Assembly (NCBI GenBank): GCA_002633005.1
Contig: NMRA01000281.1
Span: 141,123 to 205,122 of the forward strand
Origin: Phoronis australis
Lineage: Eukaryota > Animalia > Phoronida
Reading direction: 5' to 3'
Length of the DNA stretch: 64,000 nt
A model generated the notes under the pieces. The model was not told where the DNA came from. It searched no databases and saw only the letters and a list, made by a program, of their open reading frames with translations. How positions within the stretch are numbered: the first letter of the stretch is position 1; each line of letters opens with the position of its first letter. A program made the position numbers and the translations under genes. Positions 25,588 to 39,405 of the stretch are shown here, one piece after another.

Positions 25588-26881
25588 ACTCTGATTGACC
25601 AAATCACTTTAAATAGTCTAAGTCGCGAACAATTTGTTTGTTTTTAAACAAATTTATTTACAAACCAAAGCCAGAATGTCTCTACGACTGCTTGTTTTAA
25701 TTTATGTTTATTTACTATAGTGGCGATGTACAGGTTGCAGGAAGCCTCGTTTTATTATATTTTTTGTTTATTTGTTGACACGTCAGTATGATAGGGTTCT
25801 TTTGTAAATAGTATTTCATTATTACGGAAGTGGTTAGTTGGTAGATTTTAACTTTTTTGAATTTCTACACTTGCACAGATATAGTAGCCGTTATGACCGA
25901 ATTCCACGCTTGTTATTGTCAACTCACTTTTGATAAAAATTGGTAATTATGCAGTTGTCACCTAATCAAAAGTCTCATTCATTATCTCATTTCAATCAAC
26001 TTAGTGGGTATGTTTAGCAATCTGTGTGTTGAAAATTTAGACCCCGGTAAAGGTTTGAAATATTCAAGAATGCGAATTTGGCACAAATATTTAATCACCT
26101 ATTAAGATAGTCAATTATTTGTTCGATTGTTGACTTGACCTATATCACCCTGTTTGTCTAAACACACTGGAGTCTTAAAAGACTAACTAAACACTCTGTT
26201 GTAAAATACAAATTTCTTGAATTTAAAAATTCTCGGCTGTGTGCTTATTTTGTCATGATAGTCGAGAAATCCGTTTGTGTTCACTGTCAGAACGTTTGGA
26301 AATGCTCATTCTCTCGGTGCTAACATATGTCTTCGGATATTTAAGAAAATTACGCAATTTTCCATTCAGATTATTCCTAGATGTTGGTGATGTTTCGCAA
26401 GCGGGAAACCAGTGTGTGAATGAAAAGGATATTAATTCTAGGCACAGTTGTTTTTGTAATTTATCGAAGAGTTTTGTCCCGTTCTTTATCTTAATTGACA
26501 GGATGTTTGAAATTTTGAAAATTAACGCACTCGACAAAAATTTTGCCCAAGCGTCCTTGCTGGAAATCCTAATACTTTTTGCACCAGTTTGATAAATAAT
26601 TAAATTATGAACGTGGGCGAATGAAATATATTATTTAATTTGCAAGATTAAATATTTGTGCCTTTGTGTGTCGATAGCCTTCTGTAAGTTACACGATATT
26701 GTGCAAAATTGGCATATCTTAATGATAAATTATAGAATTTGTGTCATTTTGTAATGGTTTTGATTCTCATAGCAACTGAGGCTTTACTGTCATTTGTTTC
26801 ATTAAATCTGCGGGAGGTTTTTCAAAGTAGGATAGAGATTATTTTGAAATTCATGACATGTTATTTTCTTTTCACAATAAA
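25588..26881 (+). other. Probable FoxC 3' UTR (end uncertain)
   Basis: U-rich sequence after the stop, with ATTTA motifs and TGTAAATA at 25803-25810. The first canonical AATAAA I found is at 26876-26881; ATTAAA variants occur near 26600 and 26647. Confidence 0.4.
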
Positions 26882-29800
26882 AAGATGTTATGTCAGTTAC
26901 AAACTACGTTCTATTTTTGTGTGCATCTAGAGCCGGCCTCTGTTGGCGTGAATTTGACGGTCGTCGTAGGTTAGAAAGCCTAGGTAAACTGGCAGCGTGT
27001 TTTATCGAGCGCTGCTATTCTACGGATACCATACTCTCGGCATTCGGCGTAATTAATGCAGAAGTAGGCTTTTGTCTTCGCCTAAAAGAAATTGATTTGC
27101 AGTATTGACAACATGAGGACTTGCAAAGGCCCATTGTATGCGTTTTTATTCCGAAGACTTTACATCGAGAATGTAGACACTCGCGTTGACATCAACTGAT
27201 CGATCAAACAGCCTTGGTGGAGTAGTCTTCGGCTACATTTTCCCGGATGATTCTGCTCGAGTCGATTTACCAGACCCCGTCCACTGTAAATATTATCTTG
27301 CAAATCTATTTATTTATTTACAAAAACAACAGATTTGTTTTGAGAATTAATTTTCCTAATGCAGTCTTGTTTTCTCTTGTCATATCAAATGTTGACATTA
27401 TCGTTCTTCTTCAGTTGATTTTCTGATATTGACCGTTTGGCTTGTACACATATTAACTGGGATTTGCTACTGTAATTTGTATTTTGAGACTTCTTTTTTT
27501 GATTACCAAAATAATTGAATGGATTAGCGAATTAGCATCGACTAATCAGCAATTTGCTCCAAACGTTGAGCAGAGAAAGTTATGAACTCAGAAATATGGC
27601 TAACGAAAATTTAAAATTATTGACTAATTTCGTATGAATTTTTGATTGTTTATAGTAACGTCTTTAGCGCTTGAACACTTACGCTTTCAACTCTTGCTTG
27701 AATGCATACTTATTACACTAGAAACAACAGCGAATTGTGGTTCAAATAGTGTGGGTATATGGCACGATCGAGACCTACAGATAAACGCACCAAGTTACTT
27801 TGACAGGATTTTGCATACGATTGAAAATTGCCCGTGGCCCGTTACTGGACACTACTTTTATGGAACAAAATCTTCAATCACGTATGCAAGCGGTGTGTAC
27901 AGTTAAATTTGTTGCTCTGTGCTGTTCAGTTTAAGGCAAGCCAGCCGAGTATTCAAATTTCTATTGGAAGGTGTCGTGCTCTTGATAGTCAAAAGTGTCG
28001 GGTAAAAAGCCAATAGCGCATTTGTCTGTGGTCTTTTTGAATAGAATGCGCTGTGAAAGACATGGATAGGTGGGATTTATAGACCTATAACCAGTTTTCT
28101 TTTTCGGAGTCATATGTCAAAGTCGTACCTAAGTACCTTCGGGCTTCGATGCCATGAACTCGCACCAAGTGTAATAGTGAAAGAAATTGTCTAAGGGTGT
28201 CATCCATGCGAAGTAATGTGACGAGCTTGCGACGAAAATATAGAAATTAACAGGAAGAACCCTTGGCAGGTTTTGTGGAAGAGCAACTGTTCTAATGACT
28301 GCGGTGTGATTTTAACGCGTGACATAACGCAGGTGAATTTACGCCTACCTGGTTAGAATGATCTAAAGCGACCTTACTGGTAAACGGCGATGGTCACCCG
28401 TCGGTCTGAATAGACGGTCTCTTTAGAGATTTTTAGTTATCTCGTTTGAGTAACTTCAATTTCTGGTTGTCGCTGGTTGATTTCACTCTTAGTGTAAGTT
28501 TTTTATCTGGTCTTGTTCATTATCGAATTTTATAAATTAAGTCGAGTTAATTACCTATCAGCAGTACCGTTTGAGTAAAAATTGCACAGCCTTGTGTGAT
28601 GTCATGAGGCAAATGTAAATGGCGGATTTGTGAGATACGATTTGAGACAAAAGTCTCGGAAACAAAAGATTCAATATCGTGTGTTCGACTAAAATATTGT
28701 CTGTCAACGACTATGCAGAGAGTGCGACAGTGACATTGTGTTTAGACTTGTGGAAACCCCTGGAATGACGTTTTCGAGCACTCTGGTTCGAACATCATGA
28801 GAAAAATATTTCGACATGAGCCATTTCTTAAGCACTATAGGAGCTAATGCGACATATCTCCATTTTTCAAAACGCTCTTTGCTAATTTTAATATGGAAAC
28901 CGAATACTGCAAAATTGGAAATGAGTGGGAAATGAGAACTGAAAGTTATAGTTTTGCATGCGTTTTAGGGAGGCTTATTGTTAACGTTGCTGGACCCGAG
29001 TTTTTGGCGAATAGCACGCCTACATTCATACTAAACTGACTTTTCGCACTTAATGCATCAGACGATACAGGATTTTTGCAAAAAATCTCCCAGGGCAAGT
29101 TTCCTTGGATTTTCTAACAATAATCGCTGAACAAAAAGTAGTCTGGGTCTTCTGAAAAATCTGATCCGCGATTATTGTTCGGAATGCGAGTAGAAGCGAC
29201 TACAGGCACCAATGTAATTCGTTTCGTTATGTACCATACAATTCGATTTACTTTGAATGGTAGCAGTTTTATTCGCCAAACTCGCTGCAACGTTAAGTAC
29301 GACCACTGTGAATTTCAAGTTTCGGAATATGTCCGTATTCTGGTGAATGACTTTACTTAGATATTTTTTGTGAATTGATTGCTTTTAATGTTCGCCCGTA
29401 CGTTACAGAAGTAAGCCCGTGTTTGACCATTAAAACAGTTTAGTTGACTTAATATTTGTTTTAATAATTTATCATGGCAATCATTGTGAATTTTTCATGA
29501 CTCTGAAATCACCTGCAAAACTAAAATACGACAATGCTAGCGACTTTAATTAGTGGAGCGTTTGTCTTTCTGTGTGGAAATTGAACTGATCACGCAATAG
29601 CGCGTTTACAGGTGGTTTATCAACCTCAGTAGACCAAAGGATCCCTTGTATGTTACGCAACATTTTCGTAGTTCCATTCAGAGCTAAGTATTAATCAACG
29701 TAGTATTTAAAAATGCCCGCTGTGTTGAATTGACCGCCATGGACAGCCTTTGGACCCAAATAAGTGATGATTGTGGGGGCTTATTCATAGTGGAGTGTTC

Positions 29801-32184
29801 TGTATTTTGTCTCAATTTTCCTCACATCATCACTGAAATGGCATGACTAAACTACGTCCTAGGCAGGGCCATTGCGTTCTTTTTAAAATTACTCAGAGGC
29901 ATAGTGTTCAACTAGTAGCTAAGGGCACCAAACTTCATAAACTGTATCAGTGCAATTAATGTCACGGTGTGTATTAATTTCTACCTTTGGTTTTATTGTC
30001 CAGTAATCTGAAAATCCGATTCTACTGGGGTTACAGTTTCGTTTGTGTGTTTATGTGAAAAGAACCATATTTTTATTTTTATTGAAGCCTGAGATTGTGC
30101 CAACGTATAAAACAGTAAGAGTTGAAGCGTTAATTGCACCTTGTAAGGCCTTCAAAAAGTCAACCAAGTGTATAGTTTTAATTTGTATGCCACAGGGGAG
30201 GTGTTTAGTGTATAAGAACGTTGACAAACATGGTTGTACACAGGGCACGCGGCCAGCGAATAATAATACCCTTACTAATCCTCCGTTATCAGTGGAAAGT
30301 GTACCCGGTGACCCCGTGACTTGTCAAAAGAAGTCCGAAATGGAATACTAAACCTCGGGATCGGAAACGTAGAATTAAACCTGTAGAAACCCGACTACGC
30401 TATTTACCGGTATCTGATTTAGAGCAGGCGGTGCGAGGATAACCACAAAATTTCATGGTAAAAAATCTTTTGTTATGCCCCAGTGCAAATTTGTGGCGTT
30501 GTAATAGTGTATTGTACGTATTGCATTGTCGCGTTGTCAGTCTTTGGCGTGAGTGAACTTTACTAGCTCTGACTGTGCTTACAGCATAGGTGATAGTGCG
30601 AGGTAACATCAGGGGAACTAATTAGAAAACAATCCGAATTATTGGCTGCACAAAACGACTATAAGACGCTGGTGCATGTATCCGTGACTCCTTCGACCTA
30701 TGGCCGTTGCGAATAGGCCAGTCTGTATATAATAACTGTTCTCGTCACTATAGCACAAAATCGTAGGTCCACTTGTACCCAAATTAGCAGAATCTTTCCA
30801 GGAAATGACGAAACGATCAATGCCCGTATTTTGCCAGGCAGATTGTTTAGTTGTGACAATTAAGACTACAATCGTCGATTTCAACGACATCAAGTGCGAA
30901 TTTTGCGTCATGGCACAGTGCTTACGTCCACACCACTGTTTTTTATGAAAACAACGTAAACATGAATTGAGTTGAGCATTGCTTTCCAAGTGTCCAGACC
31001 AAGGCCTGTTCTGGTTGTGTAATGATTGGGCTGTTTAGATTCAGAAGGTGGTTGATTCCAGTTGGCTCTGGTCAGGCCGCACGCTGTCTTGATTAACTCC
31101 ACTGAGCACAGGTCTGTCCAATTATTTGTGGTCCCCAAGTGTCAAACACTTGGTACGCTGTGACGGTAAACAATAATTAGGATCGCTTATTGTTAACGCA
31201 GTGTGGAGAAAAAATACATATATATTTCACGAAAATAGGAACCACCAATTGGCTGAGTTATGCGCTTTGGCATGGTCGTGATTCGTGTAATAGGCTCTGG
31301 GTGATATTAATAGCGTGCAGGACGGCATTTGGTAATTGAATGACGTGACGTGAAATGATTGGGTATTTCTAAATACGCGTAAGTCAATCTTTCACGTACA
31401 TATGATTCTTTCTGCGAATTTTCAAAATCAAATAATTGATTTAAGGTTCAAATTAACGTAAAGGTAGTTTTATGAAGAAACCACGCTTTGTGGTTCATAC
31501 TACAGCGCCTAACAGTTTTGTGAATACGAGAGTTTTCTCAATTCCCTAAAGCTGCTATGAAATTCTCTTTTTTCATAGAGCTAACATTTCACTTAGGCAA
31601 CATTCAGTTATAAACATGGTCTCGTGCTGTTCCTGTCGGGCATTAGATATACTTGCTGGACAGGTCAAGCCAATATTACAGAGCCTGGTCTCAAACTATA
31701 AAGAACTGCCACTTCCAGCCAATCTCAGAACTTACTGAGTGAAGAACAAACTATCATAGCGGAAAAGTAATTTGTATAAAAAGTTATCGTTTTGACAGAA
31801 ACCGGATTCACAGTAGCGACATTCGTACAGTAGTCCAATCTAATATTTCTACCCAGCAAGCAAGTTCTTAACACCAGACTAACAATCAAGGCGTATTAAA
31901 ATTAAACGCGCTAAACATAAATAAACAAACTAACACACGCCAAGCCGTGACTAGGACCGATAAAGAACACCGCAGTTTATATGATTACAAATCGTACAAA
32001 TACGACACAAGTGTCGCGGACAAAACGCGTTGTTGTTACTTCAGCGCTCCGTTTACTTGTATTTAACAATACAATAACTACGCATGGAAAGATATCAGAT
32101 ATGTCACGTATTGGCAGGTGAAAAATCCCTAAATGTAGTTCAACTTGTTTAGAAAATCTGTACGCCACTGTTTCTGGGAAAAAG

Positions 32185-32268
32185 AAGTGCATGACCGACG
32201 GGTACCTTTACAAAGTGCATGGCCGGCGGGTACCTTTACAAAGTGCATGGCCGACGGGTACCTTAACA
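32185..32268. repeat. Tandem repeat, 3 x 28 bp
   Basis: AAGTGCATG(A/G)CCG(A/G)CGGGTACCTTTACA starting at 32185, 32213 and 32241. Confidence 0.93.
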
Positions 32269-35200
32269 TAGTAAGTCTGATTGAATATTTAGAATAGATT
32301 ACGTACAATATAATTGTCACGTCCGATGTTCTATTACTGGCCAAAGTTTGTTTTATTTCTTTGGAAGTTACATTTTGCATTGAAAGAACCAGTTACTGCT
32401 CTTAAGATGGAACTTTCTTAACAAAAAAATATTCATTGACGTTTGACAACATTTAGAGAATTCGCTGTTGCAACGACGAGATGAACTCTAGGTTGTATAA
32501 TGTGTCACCCTGACAGCCGGGCACCGCTATAAACGGGCACGCGTAGGACAAACACTAGTGGGACTGAACGTTGGTGTGATATTCGTTCGAGTGCTGGTAC
32601 ATTGTCACTTGAGTCCACGGGTGCAAAGCGGCGTGGGATTTTACGAGAATAATCGCTTTTAATTCCCTGATAACGTAGAAAACTGCGTTTTAAAGTCAAC
32701 GAGCTGAACTGGTCCATCGGGCTTGGCGTCTTCATCACAAGATTTACTAATCATGCCGTCTTTAGAAGTGCAGAGTTTAACTACCCGTAATCAGAGTAAA
32801 TTGGTAAATCTGTTTTATTCGGGTCATTGGATTTGAAAACAAACACAACCAGCCCAGTTGTGATAATTTACAAAGACGAACTCAGCATTGCGTCATCGTG
32901 GGAAAAAGTAATAACGATTATAATAACCGTCTAGCAATAATGATAATAAGATATCTATATCGATATCAGTATCAACAATAAAAATGATAACAGAAGTAAT
33001 AACACTAACCAACAACAGTAATGAAAATAAAATAACGTGGATTTTGTTGAATGCATTGAGGCATTTCATTGCACTTGACAATTTTAGTGCCAAGAAATGG
33101 GAAATACTGGCAGATGGCTATCTCCTGTTGAGTTATGAAAATTTGTTAGTTAATAATTATTAAAACCATTGTTATGCCGGAGGAGGAATGAGAATAGAAT
33201 ATTTACATTTACCGTAGAAAATCCTGATTTATGGTGACTGACCGTGAAATCCACATTACAGAAATTGCCTTGTTAGTTATCCAATCCCAATTTGTCAAAA
33301 GCAAGCCATGTGTTTTGACTCATAGTCAGACTCCAGCCGACAATCTCCCATACTCACACTCACCATCCAAGACTTGATACCCCACTCAAAGAGATATAAA
33401 TACCACAGGGTTTGCTGGAGATTTCGCTACGGATTTAATAAAGACAAATGTTTCTGTGGCTGAACGAAAAGAAACAGCTGTTAAAAACTAATTCGTCGAA
33501 ACAATAAATACATCGATTTATGTTTGGAATCAATTAAGTACAATTGAATTAAACTTATTTCAGGAAAAAAGATAGTTGGAAATATTCCAACGACATTGAA
33601 TGTGGCTTGATTTTCTCACAATTCACTGATCGTGTACCGTGTAACTTATGCACCTTGCAGACAACTCCAAAGAGGGTATGAAAAAGTGTTTTCAAACCCG
33701 TTTTAAATTAATTGTGCAATTCTAATTCTGAAGTAAGTGTGCCAAATAGGTATGTGTGTGCGTTGCTAAATCGGCATAATCGAAACCAAGAAATCTCCTA
33801 AGGGTAAACAGCCTCTGAATTGCAAATGTTTCTACAAAAAATACTAATTTCAAACAATCTTCAATTTATCTATGAAACATTTTCAGTTCCTGTATTAGTT
33901 TCCAGCACTGTTCGATAAGTTTGCGACTAAGTTGACTTTCTTGCTGAATAAGCCGATAAAGCGCAGTAAGAGGGGATTAAATGGTAGCTAAACCGCTGAA
34001 GAGCCAATAGTCCACCCCTATTGAAGTAATTGTTTGATCAACTCTGCTGCTAAAATCAAAATTCAAGTGATGCAAATCCTCTACATAAACAGAGTTGTAA
34101 AGTAACTAATCTATTTGCGGTGAAGGTAAATCGAGCGAGCCCCGTACACAAACGTTGGCCAGTTAAAAGGTAGCCGCGTACAGCAATTATCCCATCTGCA
34201 AATATCCTTTTATTGGCAAATTACAGGAGATTTGCTTCTTAAAATGGCACTGTCGTTTCTACTTTTGTTGCGCAACAAACCGCGAAACTGAAACGTGTTG
34301 CATGGTGCTTCAACCTTGTGAGTTATGAGCATGTCCGTGAGTCTATTGCCGATCGCAGAAGCCTGCGTACGCGTAAGAAAAAGGAATTCTTATCTGCCTT
34401 CTAAAAAGAGACATCTGTCAATAGACGCAGTTGCATGGTGCACCCCGTGGCTTCATTCTGTCGATGAGTCACCGTCGACCATCCTTCAAGAACGAGATAA
34501 TATGTGATGTTGGTCGGTGGCCCACCTCGGTTAAAAAGAACTCGCCGTGGGTCTTGAGGGGCCAGCAACAGGGTCACGTCCTGTCGAGATGCGGAACTCT
34601 CACGCACACATCGCCCTCCGCAAAAGACGTAGCGGCTTCTAAATGTCACCCGAAAACTAGCGTTTGTGGATTGATCCGATAACGATCTTGTCATAACACA
34701 CAATACACACCACGTCAAAGCACTGTGCATTGACGTCGGGAACTGGGTTGTTTCTGCGTATTTCTACATTGAATGGTATACCCAACCAGAGAAACAGTAT
34801 TTTGTCAAGCTCAATCACACACCTCTGTTGGAGACACGAGCCGCGCGTGCCTTTAGTTAACGAAAACTTGCACTAGTATGTCAACAACCCATGGTTTGTT
34901 CGTTGCAGCGAACCCGTCTCAGACGATTTTCGGACATTTCTTTCTTTTGGTGTTTAAAGTTGTGTTAGGTCAAGGGCGTGGTACGAATATTTATACTGGA
35001 GAAACCGGGTTAATATTCAATGATGCACGCAACAATTCGTCATATATCTGGTATTTACTTCCGGTTTGCATGTCTCAGCAATGGAGCAAGCTATATCGCC
35101 ATTCATTGATATTGTCGTACAAAAGCAGGCGGATAATGCAGTCTCTCGTTTGTTGTATGTGCTGTATTTATCATAAAGGATCGACCAAGGTGTTACACTT

Positions 35201-37660
35201 TGAGTCCCTTAAACTTTTAAACCAGTATCTCTCTTCAGCGGCCGCAAGTAAACAGTGTAATGGAACTTCCAAATTCCGACTGAACACGAATGCCTTTAAC
35301 TCCTGTTCTGGTCTAGATCTAATACGCGGAAAGAACGTTAACGAGTTACTAAAATCCTGCCTTATAACGACTTCAAATTTATGAAGACATTTCTACCTGT
35401 GCAGAGCGCGCGCGCGTAATTCACAGTCCATAACGTGTGTCGAAGCTCTGGAAAAACAAACACGAAAATAAACACAGCGAGTGCTTAAGAACTATAACAG
35501 TTGTAATATTTGGAAAATTTACACAGATTTTTCTCAATGAAAAGCATGTGTGTTGGTACGATAGGAAGTGACTGTACATGTGTTTGATCATTATTCACCA
35601 TCAGGGTAACAAGTCGACGCCCTACAGAGACTGGATGAGATTTCGCATCACACATAAAAGGATTGTTTGTACGACCAATAATGACATTGTCACAGATTTA
35701 ACAAACACTTTCTCTGTCTAACCAGCTTAAGTGCCACAAATACACGAGTTTGTTTATAAATTAAGAACAACTCGCGGAGGTTTATGGTGAAGAGTCAATC
35801 GAGTTTGCCTGATCTGCTAACTTAGGAATGAGCTCCCGAGAGGTAACTCGGTCGGCTTGTACACGTGTTGATGGTGGCGAAGTCTGTGGTTAATCGGGCG
35901 CGATGCAAATCTTGATAAGAGTTTTTAACGCCCGAATAAAATGTGCTGTGGAGCGTTGCTTCTCAGATCAGAACTCTCAAGTCTGAATACCACCTCGATG
36001 AAACAGCCGCCAGCTCGACTTCGTTACGGAAAATGTTACTTATTGAATTAGTGCTGTCGGAATTGCTAGCGTGGAAGAAGTAACCAATGTTTTATTTTGA
36101 AAACGAAATAATAATTCGGCGGAGTAGTGGGATTTTTTAATCACATTCAAATTTAGGTGCGTTTGAAGTGTAGGGTGATATTCGGTCGAGGATTGCCGCA
36201 CTATGACCGGCAATCGTAGAAATTTACAAACAAAAACAAACGCAATCTTGTGATTCAAGCGCATCGAGCTAACGTACACGGTAATGAGTTTCCGTTTTCT
36301 GTAAGTTCTTGTCCGACAGTTGGACAAATTAATGTTGATGATGACAAAGATTACATGACATTTCTTCATTGACCATAAGCGGCGCCGAGTGGTAGGCCTA
36401 CCCCTTCGAATCGTTGACTGCAGATGGAGGAATTTGCTAACTGTAACCAAGGCGACAAACAAAGGTTAATTGAGCGGGATATTTTAGTAGATTGACCGCG
36501 ATTGGATGTCAAAAGTGTCGTCTGCGCACCAGCGAGCAAATGAATACCAGTCCGTTAAACAGAGGGCTTTTGTTGAATTCATTTTAGGACCTCTCGCGCA
36601 AAACTGATTACCGGCAGAGTATTAAGAACAGAAAACGACCACGACTTTGAGAAGGTCAATTGGTGCATTTTCCTCTACTCAAAAGTTACCCGTCTTCGTA
36701 CAATCCGATCTTCCCTTGTTGGACTCAATGAAGCGGTCAAATATCTAAAATGACCCGTACCCAGAGGCTTATTCAGAAATGGAGTGGTACAGTTTCAAAA
36801 TACGGCTAGCCTCGACCAATGGTGGTATCTAACTCTCATTTACTGAAATGTCAAAGGCTCAACACCAACCAGTAACACCAACCAGTAACACCTGACAAAT
36901 TGCTGTCGAGTTACGCGCGGGTAAGACTACACTGGGTTTTTTAACGAGTAACAAGGAAAAGAAAATAGATCGCTTGTTAAATAAAGATATCCAACTTGAA
37001 ATACGATATCTGCTGTAGTTGGACGAGCAGTAAACTTGAGTCAGAGAGGTGTCAAGTCTAAAATCGAGCGGATAATGGGAGTTAACATAGGCGAAAACCT
37101 TTCATGACACGTGCGCGCTTGGTTTGTACTAGAAAATCAACTGTACGAAATTCTGGTTTTGAGCTGACGTACACTCGGCTCGCTGTCCAAGCCTTGTGTA
37201 TGGTTGAATAAACATACACTACAAACAACTCAAACCCACCAGTTCAACATATTCTCTGCATACCAAAACTTTTATTCAAACCAATCAATTGAAAATTTGA
37301 TAAGCTCTGTTGACAGCTTGCACACAATGGGCTCATTTTCTGTATTCTTTTGTACTAAGTCAATTGAAAATTTATTATGTTCAGGCCCCTTCGTCTTTTC
37401 ACTGCGCTCGCGGACGCGTGAACGATCATGATTTTGTCTACTTGGCATGTCTATTGTAGTTAGATTAGACTAGGGTGGGCACTTCGGCCCGGGGGTCCGA
37501 CTCGCACTGGAAAACGGAGTCTTCACCATTTCACACTTCTAGAAGAGCTAGCGAAGTGGAAATAGTGAAAGGAACTCGTCATAAGCTTTTCTCGGACAAT
37601 AATTCGTTCATTTAACCTTCGCCCGCGGCTCCGTGCTGGTGCATCCGCTTCTGATTCGGA

Positions 37661-37995
37661 ACTTGGAGATTTGTTTCCAATAAGTATGTTAATTGGATTT
37701 AAAAATGTGTACCAAAAGTTATTTAATGTATTTGGTAAATTATGATTCTTGTACCAGAATCATACCTTAGTGACATGAGGACTTGGCGACTTGTTTCCGA
37801 TAAATATATTAATTGGATTTTAAAATGGCTACCAAAATTAGTTGAAATATATCGTATATTGTAGATGGGATACCTGGAGCATAACTTTCTGAACTTGGTC
37901 CCTTCCTTCCAATAAATATATTAATTCGATTAAAAATGTCTAGAAGAATAAATTAATTAAATATATCTTTGGTATATTGTAGTCGGTGCCAGTGC
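37661..37995. repeat. Diverged tandem repeat, 3 x about 115-120 bp
   Basis: Units begin ACTTGG at 37661, 37781 and about 37893 and share TTCC(A/G)ATAA.TAT.TTAATT.GATT.AAAATG. Confidence 0.85.
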
Positions 37996-39204
37996 TATTG
38001 AGATGCATTTTGTTAACACGAAATTTATCAGCCTAATGATGCGGGATTAGGAAGACGCGTTTGCTGATTTATTAATTGAACGTAATTATCCGGTAAACAT
38101 TGCCTGTTTGAGTTGTAAATGTTGAATGCGGGTAAAGCACCCGTGTAGCTGTGTTGTTCTAATCTGATACGTTAAAGGCTTTCACCATGGCTGAACACTG
38201 ATGAAGTCAGGTGATGTTTTAGAAAATCAATGTTTATTGTATAACTTTGATACGCATTAGTGTCAGAATTCATTTTGTAATCATTTCGGACACTAGGAAA
38301 CCTAAACAGCTCGAATGGAAGAAAACTCGGTCGGTAATTGTGTTTCCGTGCATTTTAAAATGACATTTAATTTGTTAACTTGAAATTCATAATTTCAAAC
38401 TTGAGATAATCAAAATTCTTACGATATTTTATGCTCCACATATATTTTCGACTCACAAACAGTAAAAAATAAATGCTGTTCAACGTATTAAAAGTTGGCG
38501 TGTAGCTCGTCTAACTGTGCTGGTCAACATTGGAGAATGAGAACACTGGCGGACGCAGGCATTATGCTGGGAATCTCATAAAGTCAATGCGACTACAAAT
38601 CCAGTTCAACTTTAAAAAGTAGTCCTTTCGCCGAGTCCGTGATCTATTTTACAAGACACCGTTCTGCGTTACCATGGTAAACGATTGATTGGTTTAATTT
38701 ATGAGTCTCTGTCTCAATGTGTCGGCGAGCAAAATGTGTACTAGAAATTATGCTGAATGAAGGCAGTTAACTCAAGAGTACGCCACTGATTTTCCGGTAT
38801 TTGTTTTGACCGCCCATACCGTCGATCTAACATCGGGAATTGCAATAGCTGGATAGATAAATCAGTATCTAACGATAAATTTCCTGATTTATCACCCGTC
38901 GAGAACAGAGTGTTCTCACGCAAAAAATAGTTAACACGCTGCTTGTAATCGCCCCTCAATACTTTCAACAAAATGCATACCACAATTAAATGTTATGGGA
39001 TAATTTCATTGAAACTCACGCTTATTAGTTAAACTCATTTTCACAATTTAGTTTTATCTTCGTTTTAATTCGCTTCCCATCCGTATTCAGCCAACTAAAA
39101 ATCGTTTGATAACATTTTGCGAACCCAATGTTTAAAATTCAAAACGCATTTTGGTATCACTATTGAGTGGTGTAATCTACTTGACGTTATTGTTCTTATC
39201 TGAT

Positions 39205-39405
39205 TTTTTTCAAATCCCCAGTTCTCAGAGTTGTCTGCCGGACATAACCTGAAATCAAGGCCGCTGATTTCACCAGTTAAATACGAGTAAAAATTCCTGC
39301 CATTTATCGAGTGGGATTTAAAAATCCCACTCGATAAATGGCAGAAACTTAAACTGTGTAAAAACTCTACAGCAGCGCGTTATTCCATGTCCGACTCCGC
39401 GCTGT
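39205..39405. repeat. Old interspersed repeat fragment, family B, containing a perfect 23-bp inverted repeat
   Basis: Colinear similarity to 640-780; palindrome at 39297-39344. Confidence 0.55.

Noticed and set aside
34878-35384. 168-aa ATG-initiated ORF
   Set aside because: No domain similarity, and its composition is typical of random AT-rich ORFs.
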